A DNA stretch of 64,000 nt from a virus (lineage: Duplodnaviria > Caudoviricetes). The stretch lies in IMG/VR virus record IMGVR_UViG_3300037067_016086, positions 1 through 64,000 of that record; one strand, 5' to 3'. Under the pieces are notes generated by a model that saw only the letters and a list, made by a program, of their open reading frames with translations, had not been told where the DNA came from and ran no database searches. Below, one piece after another: positions 60,059 to 64,000 of this stretch (positions are counted from its first letter, which is position 1; each line of letters starts with the position of its first letter). The position numbers and the translations under genes were made by a program.

Positions 60059-60130
60059 GATCCCATCATACCAGAATTCCATTTGTCGTCAAGGTCCACG
60101 GAGGGTCCATCGCGATGACGTCGAATCCGC

Positions 60131-60400
60131 TCATCGATCCACCCCCTGGACCACCAGGGTCACCTGGAGCCGGTAGTCGTTGTCGGGATGCTTCTCGTAG
60201 AAGTCCATCTCGCGGATGCTGTTGGAGCTGGCACCGTGCGGGCCCGCCTCGTCCTGCGAAACCATGATGTCGGAGAGCCGAACCAGACGCTGATCATAGA
60301 GCGCCTTGGAGGCGTCCAGAATCTGCTTGACCAGAGCGTCCCGCGTAGCACGCTGCGCCACCGACATCTTCGCCATCTGATAGCCGCCTCTGCCTGCCAT
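60131..60400 (-). CDS. Hypothetical protein
   Basis: Short ORF between the SNF2 and HNH genes. Confidence 0.5.
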   Translation of the reverse strand: MAGRGGYQMAKMSVAQRATRDALVKQILDASKALYDQRLVRLSDIMVSQDEAGPHGASSNSIREMDFYEKHPDNDYRLQVTLVVQGVDR

Positions 60401-60403
60401 GCC

Positions 60404-62254
60404 TCACTCCTCGTCTAGCCCGTCTTGAACAACACCAGCTACCAAGTCCAGGTTCGCTTTATCGCTCCACGCTGGAGCATTCTCCGGCAGCAGAGCGCCA
60501 CCGGAAAGGCGCTCGATGAGCGTCAGGATGCGGCGCGCCACCGCCTCTGCCTGATCCTTCCGCTCCTCCGCCGTTTCTGGTTCATCCCCTACAATCCCAT
60601 GAAACTGCGCCGACTTCAACCCGAGCACGTCCATCATGACCTGATCGTACCCCGTGTTCGACACGCAGTAGTAGCTCTGCACCTCGGTCATATCATCGGG
60701 AGCGCCCACGCGCGCGATGCGCGTTTCGCACTGTCCATGCACGGCCGGGGCCCAGTCCAGCTCCGCCATCACCGAGCAGGTTGCCCGTGTCTGAAGTCCG
60801 TCGAGTCCAGCCGCGGTGCGCAGAGAGAGATCGGCGACCAGGGCATCTCCGTCGATGAACCGATCCAGCGCGGCGTCCTTCTGCTTCTCCGTCTCGCGAC
60901 CCGTGAGAACCGAGATCTTGAAGTCCGCGAGCTTGTCGATGAGGATGTCGTGCACGTCGTGATGCCAGGCGAACACCAGCGGTCTCTCCCCGGCCGCGAT
61001 CAGTGACGCCACGAAAGCAGCCACAGCGGGCGCCTTGCACACCCCCGCAGCATGACGCGATCTCCGGTCGATGTCCCGCGCCACCCTCCCGCGGTTGAAC
61101 CACTCCAAACCCTTGTACCCGCGAGCCTGCTCTACCGCCGCCTCCATCATCTTGGCGTGGAGCCCCTCGTCGTGCTCCAAGTCCTGCACGTGTCGGACCA
61201 CGCGCGGCATCTGCGGCCGCACCTCGGTCCAACGCCGCCGCAGCAGCAGGCCCTCCCGCCGCAGGTAGTCGCCGAGCACGTCCGGTTGCGCTACCACCTT
61301 GTTCCCGTACCCCGTACACCACTCCCGAGAGAAGGCCTCCGCGGAGCCCAAGCAGTTGAAGTCGAGGGCGTTCGTCACCGACCAGATCTCCGTGCCGTAC
61401 CCGTAGATCGGCGTCCCGGACAGACCCCACACGCTCGTCGAATCGGAGGACAGCAAGGATGCTGCCGAGTACTTGCCCGTTCCTGTGTGCCGTAGCTCCT
61501 GCACCTCGTCGAAGATCGTCACCGGGAACCCGTGCTTCAGCAGCGCGTTCTTCCACGGCGCCAGCAGCCCGTAGTGGATGATCGCGAAGGGAGTCTTGGG
61601 GATCTCGTACGGCGTGGTCGTCCGCAGGATCGGCGCGAGGACCGCCCCGCGGCGCTTCGCGAACTTCCAGTCGGACTCCCCCTCGCGCTGCGGCTCCGTA
61701 CCTGGCATGTCGAACAGCGCGCCGATCATGCGCTGCCACTGCCGCTGCACCTGCGTCTGCACGACCACCAGCACCGGGTACTTGCCCAGCGCCGCCGCGG
61801 CAGCCAGCGCCGTCCAGGTCTTGCCCAGCCCCATGCCATCCGCAAGGATCGTGCGCTCGTTGGCGAGCAGGAAACCGACGCCCTCCTCCTGGTAGGGGAA
61901 CAGCTTGCCCACGAACTCTGAGGGAGGCCGCACCGCCGAGATGTCGGCGTTCGTCGATCGCCGCACCGCGTGCTCGATCGCGACCGCCCGGGCTGTTGCC
62001 AGAGCGTCGTCGCACTGCACGTCCAGCGGGTAGCGCAGCAGAAACCAGTTCAGGTCCTCGGCCACGCGCCGCGTGTTGTGGAACGCCAGGTACTTGCGGT
62101 TGACGTTGGCCCCCGGGAACAGGCGCCGGGCCGCCTCCATCATCGCGGGCTCCCCGGCGATGCAGAACCGGCGGTTGTCCTCGTCGTAGACCAGGGTGCC
62201 GTACCGGTGTCCGGCCAGCGAAGGTACTACCAGGTGGTCCGGGGTATAGCTCAC
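60404..62254 (-). CDS. SNF2-family helicase/ATPase
   Basis: ILADGMGLGKT, IFDEVQEL, LSGTPI, LLLRRR, LVFAWHHDV, GLDGLQ, RIARVG; GTG start at 62254 preferred. Confidence 0.9.
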   Translation of the reverse strand: MSYTPDHLVVPSLAGHRYGTLVYDEDNRRFCIAGEPAMMEAARRLFPGANVNRKYLAFHNTRRVAEDLNWFLLRYPLDVQCDDALATARAVAIEHAVRRSTNADISAVRPPSEFVGKLFPYQEEGVGFLLANERTILADGMGLGKTWTALAAAAALGKYPVLVVVQTQVQRQWQRMIGALFDMPGTEPQREGESDWKFAKRRGAVLAPILRTTTPYEIPKTPFAIIHYGLLAPWKNALLKHGFPVTIFDEVQELRHTGTGKYSAASLLSSDSTSVWGLSGTPIYGYGTEIWSVTNALDFNCLGSAEAFSREWCTGYGNKVVAQPDVLGDYLRREGLLLRRRWTEVRPQMPRVVRHVQDLEHDEGLHAKMMEAAVEQARGYKGLEWFNRGRVARDIDRRSRHAAGVCKAPAVAAFVASLIAAGERPLVFAWHHDVHDILIDKLADFKISVLTGRETEKQKDAALDRFIDGDALVADLSLRTAAGLDGLQTRATCSVMAELDWAPAVHGQCETRIARVGAPDDMTEVQSYYCVSNTGYDQVMMDVLGLKSAQFHGIVGDEPETAEERKDQAEAVARRILTLIERLSGGALLPENAPAWSDKANLDLVAGVVQDGLDEE

Positions 62255-62286
62255 GTCACGATCCCCGTTCTCCAAAACTTACCCAC

Positions 62287-63474
62287 CTATCCACGACTGG
62301 CATCGATGGAGTTTGGTTCCTGCCCAATCGGGAGTTTCGTCCGCCTCTTTCGAGACGAGCCAGCGCTCCCAAGGCGACAGGCTGTCGCGGCCGAACTGGC
62401 CGCCCAATTCTCTAGAACCTTCGCTGCGTTCTCGTCCCGGTCATGGACCACCCCGCAAGAAGGGCAGTCCCACTCTCTGACGGACAGCGGCAGATCCTCC
62501 ATCACGTACCCGCAATCGCTACATTCCTTCGAGGATGGTTTGAACCGCGGGTAGACCACGACATCGGAACCACACATCAGCGCCTTGTACGTGAGCTGCC
62601 TCCGAAACTCAAAGAATCCCATGTCTGCAATTGCCCGAGATAGACGCTGGTTCTTCGCCATCCCGCGCACATTCAGATCCTCGATGACGATCACATCGAA
62701 CCGCTGCACTAGATTCGTCGTCAACTTGTGCAAGGCGTCCGTGCGAATGTCCGCAATCTTCTCGTGCACTCGCGCCAACCTCACCTTCGCCTTGGCCCGG
62801 TTCTTCGATCCATTCCGCTTCCTGCTCACCGCCTTGTTCAGCATGCGCAACCGCTCCAACGCCGCTCGCAACGGCCTCGGTCCATCGATGTGCTCACCTG
62901 TAGACAGAGTAGCCAGATGTGTAATGCCGAGATCCACCCCGACCGTGCCGTGGTTCTTGTGCACGATCGGAACGTCCTCGACCTCCACCAACACACTCAC
63001 GTACCACCGTTGAGCACGTCGCGATACCGTCGCCGAAAGAAGACGACCCTCAAACCGTAACTCCTCCCGCATCCGGACCCACCCGATGCGGGGAAGGCGA
63101 ATCCTCCTGCCCTCTATTCGGAACAATCCAGGAGTATTGTCAGACGCCAAAAACGAGTCATGGATACCTTTTTTCTTGAATCGTGGGTATCGAGTCCGCT
63201 TCTTGAAAAATGCTCCGAACGCATCCCCCAAATTCTGGATTGCACACTGCGGAACCGTCTTGCTAACCTCACACAGCCACGGGAACTGTTCCCGCTTGAT
63301 AGCATTCAATTTCCGACGCAACATGCTTTCATTCGGTTTCTCGCCCGCCACATACAACTGCTTCCAATTTTCCAATGCCCAGTTATAGGCGAACCGAGCA
63401 CATCCCGCTGCCTTTGAGAATTCCATCTTCTGCCGATTCGTAGGGTCCAGCGCGATTTTATGAGCGCGAATCAC
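62287..63474 (-). CDS. tnpB: TnpB RNA-guided endonuclease
   Basis: HKIALDP...ARFAYNWAL; RuvC motifs VGVDLG, VIEDL, DRDENAA; Zn finger CSDCG...CPSCG. All catalytic acidic residues are present. Confidence 0.93.
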   Translation of the reverse strand: MIRAHKIALDPTNRQKMEFSKAAGCARFAYNWALENWKQLYVAGEKPNESMLRRKLNAIKREQFPWLCEVSKTVPQCAIQNLGDAFGAFFKKRTRYPRFKKKGIHDSFLASDNTPGLFRIEGRRIRLPRIGWVRMREELRFEGRLLSATVSRRAQRWYVSVLVEVEDVPIVHKNHGTVGVDLGITHLATLSTGEHIDGPRPLRAALERLRMLNKAVSRKRNGSKNRAKAKVRLARVHEKIADIRTDALHKLTTNLVQRFDVIVIEDLNVRGMAKNQRLSRAIADMGFFEFRRQLTYKALMCGSDVVVYPRFKPSSKECSDCGYVMEDLPLSVREWDCPSCGVVHDRDENAAKVLENWAASSAATACRLGSAGSSRKRRTKLPIGQEPNSIDASRG

Positions 63475-63635
63475 GAAACGCCCGCCTCCCGCATGACCAG
63501 ATCCACCGCATCCCGCAGCACCTGCGACATGGACGCGCCTCGTCGTTCGGACTCCCCCCGCAACCACGCCATCTGCCGCTCCGTCAGGATGAACCGCGTC
63601 GGGACCTTGGGTTGCTTTTTCTTATTGTCCTTCAT
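63471..63635 (-). CDS. Ribbon-helix-helix (CopG-like) repressor
   Basis: PTRFILTERQMAWLRGESERRGASMSQVLRDAVD; overlaps the tnpB start (GTGA). Confidence 0.75.
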   Translation of the reverse strand: MKDNKKKQPKVPTRFILTERQMAWLRGESERRGASMSQVLRDAVDLVMREAGVS

Positions 63636-63642
63636 CGTGCCT

Positions 63643-63671
63643 ACTGTATGCCAATTCTTGGCAAATTTCAA
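63643..63671 (-). promoter_or_regulatory. Promoter TTGAAA-17-TACAGT with operator-like palindrome TGCCAA-N3-TTGGCA in the spacer
   Basis: Directly upstream of the RHH gene; inverted repeat at 63649-63663. Confidence 0.65.
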
Positions 63672-63694
63672 CACCAAAATACTCAATCGAAAAA

Positions 63695-64000
63695 TTAAGT
63701 CACGATCCCCCAGTTGGTCGCCAGCGATACCACCCGCACCGGCTTTCCGTGGGCCCCGGCGGGCGTGTGGATGAGGTTGCGCTCCAGGACCAGTACCACG
63801 GCGGACACCTTGGGCGAGGCGGCGTAGCGGGCCACCTGGGCCTCCACGCGACCGGTGTGCTGCTTCCCGCGCTTCACCTCGATCGCCACACCGCCGTCGC
63901 ACAGGAAGTCCACCCGGCACCGCGGACGGAGCTTGACCTCGTGCTCGTGCTTGATGCCCGCGCGATCGAGAGCCTCTCCGATGTCCCGGTGGATGTGTTG
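63695..64000 (-). CDS. PD-(D/E)XK nuclease-like protein (C-terminal part)
   Basis: EHEVKLRPRCRVDFLCDGGVAIEVK...QVARYA; ends WGIVT-stop. Confidence 0.65.
   Translation of the reverse strand, partial: QHIHRDIGEALDRAGIKHEHEVKLRPRCRVDFLCDGGVAIEVKRGKQHTGRVEAQVARYAASPKVSAVVLVLERNLIHTPAGAHGKPVRVVSLATNWGIVT

Larger units (their letters stand above)
62255..63710 (-). mobile_element. Non-autonomous RHH-TnpB cassette (IS607/IS1341-like right end) between 12-bp direct repeats
   Basis: GTCACGATCCCC occurs at both 62255-62266 and 63699-63710; right end reads GTAAGTTTTGGAGAACGG; interior is lower GC; no tnpA. Confidence 0.8.

Noticed and set aside
533-62554. Long plus-strand ORFs (e.g. 533-2014, 11607-14183, 44341-45936, 46595-48991)
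   Set aside because: Antisense shadows of GC3-biased minus-strand genes, with low-complexity Arg/Pro/Ala content and no motifs.

Overview
All recognisable genes are on the minus strand of a large, GC-rich tailed phage with a T4-like portal. The window runs from the packaging genes (portal N-terminus, intein-containing TerL, probable TerS) through long clusters of small accessory ORFs. It also holds a recombination/replication module (RuvC, Cas4-like exonuclease, Hjc-like resolvase, RecA, SF2 helicase, SSB, intein-containing DnaB, DnaC-like loader), a tmRNA, two tRNAs, seven free-standing homing-type endonucleases and an RHH-TnpB cassette. The main result is a TIGR-Tas-type RNA-guided locus at 10419-13174. 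A sigma70-like promoter precedes a Nop-domain (IS110/TasA-like) protein that has no nuclease domain and carries two Zn-ribbon insertions. Directly after it, overlapping its stop codon, is an array of 36 units of 36 nt (9-nt repeat, 9-nt spacer, second 9-nt repeat, 9-nt spacer) whose repeats differ from the canonical UG...CCA motifs. Other notable items: a 16-bp GCGAAC-N4-GTTCGC palindrome in 14 copies, almost all at gene boundaries; a TnpB cassette flanked by a 12-bp direct repeat; and an MT-A70 methyltransferase split immediately after its DPPW motif. All calls come from reading motifs by eye; no database searches were run.
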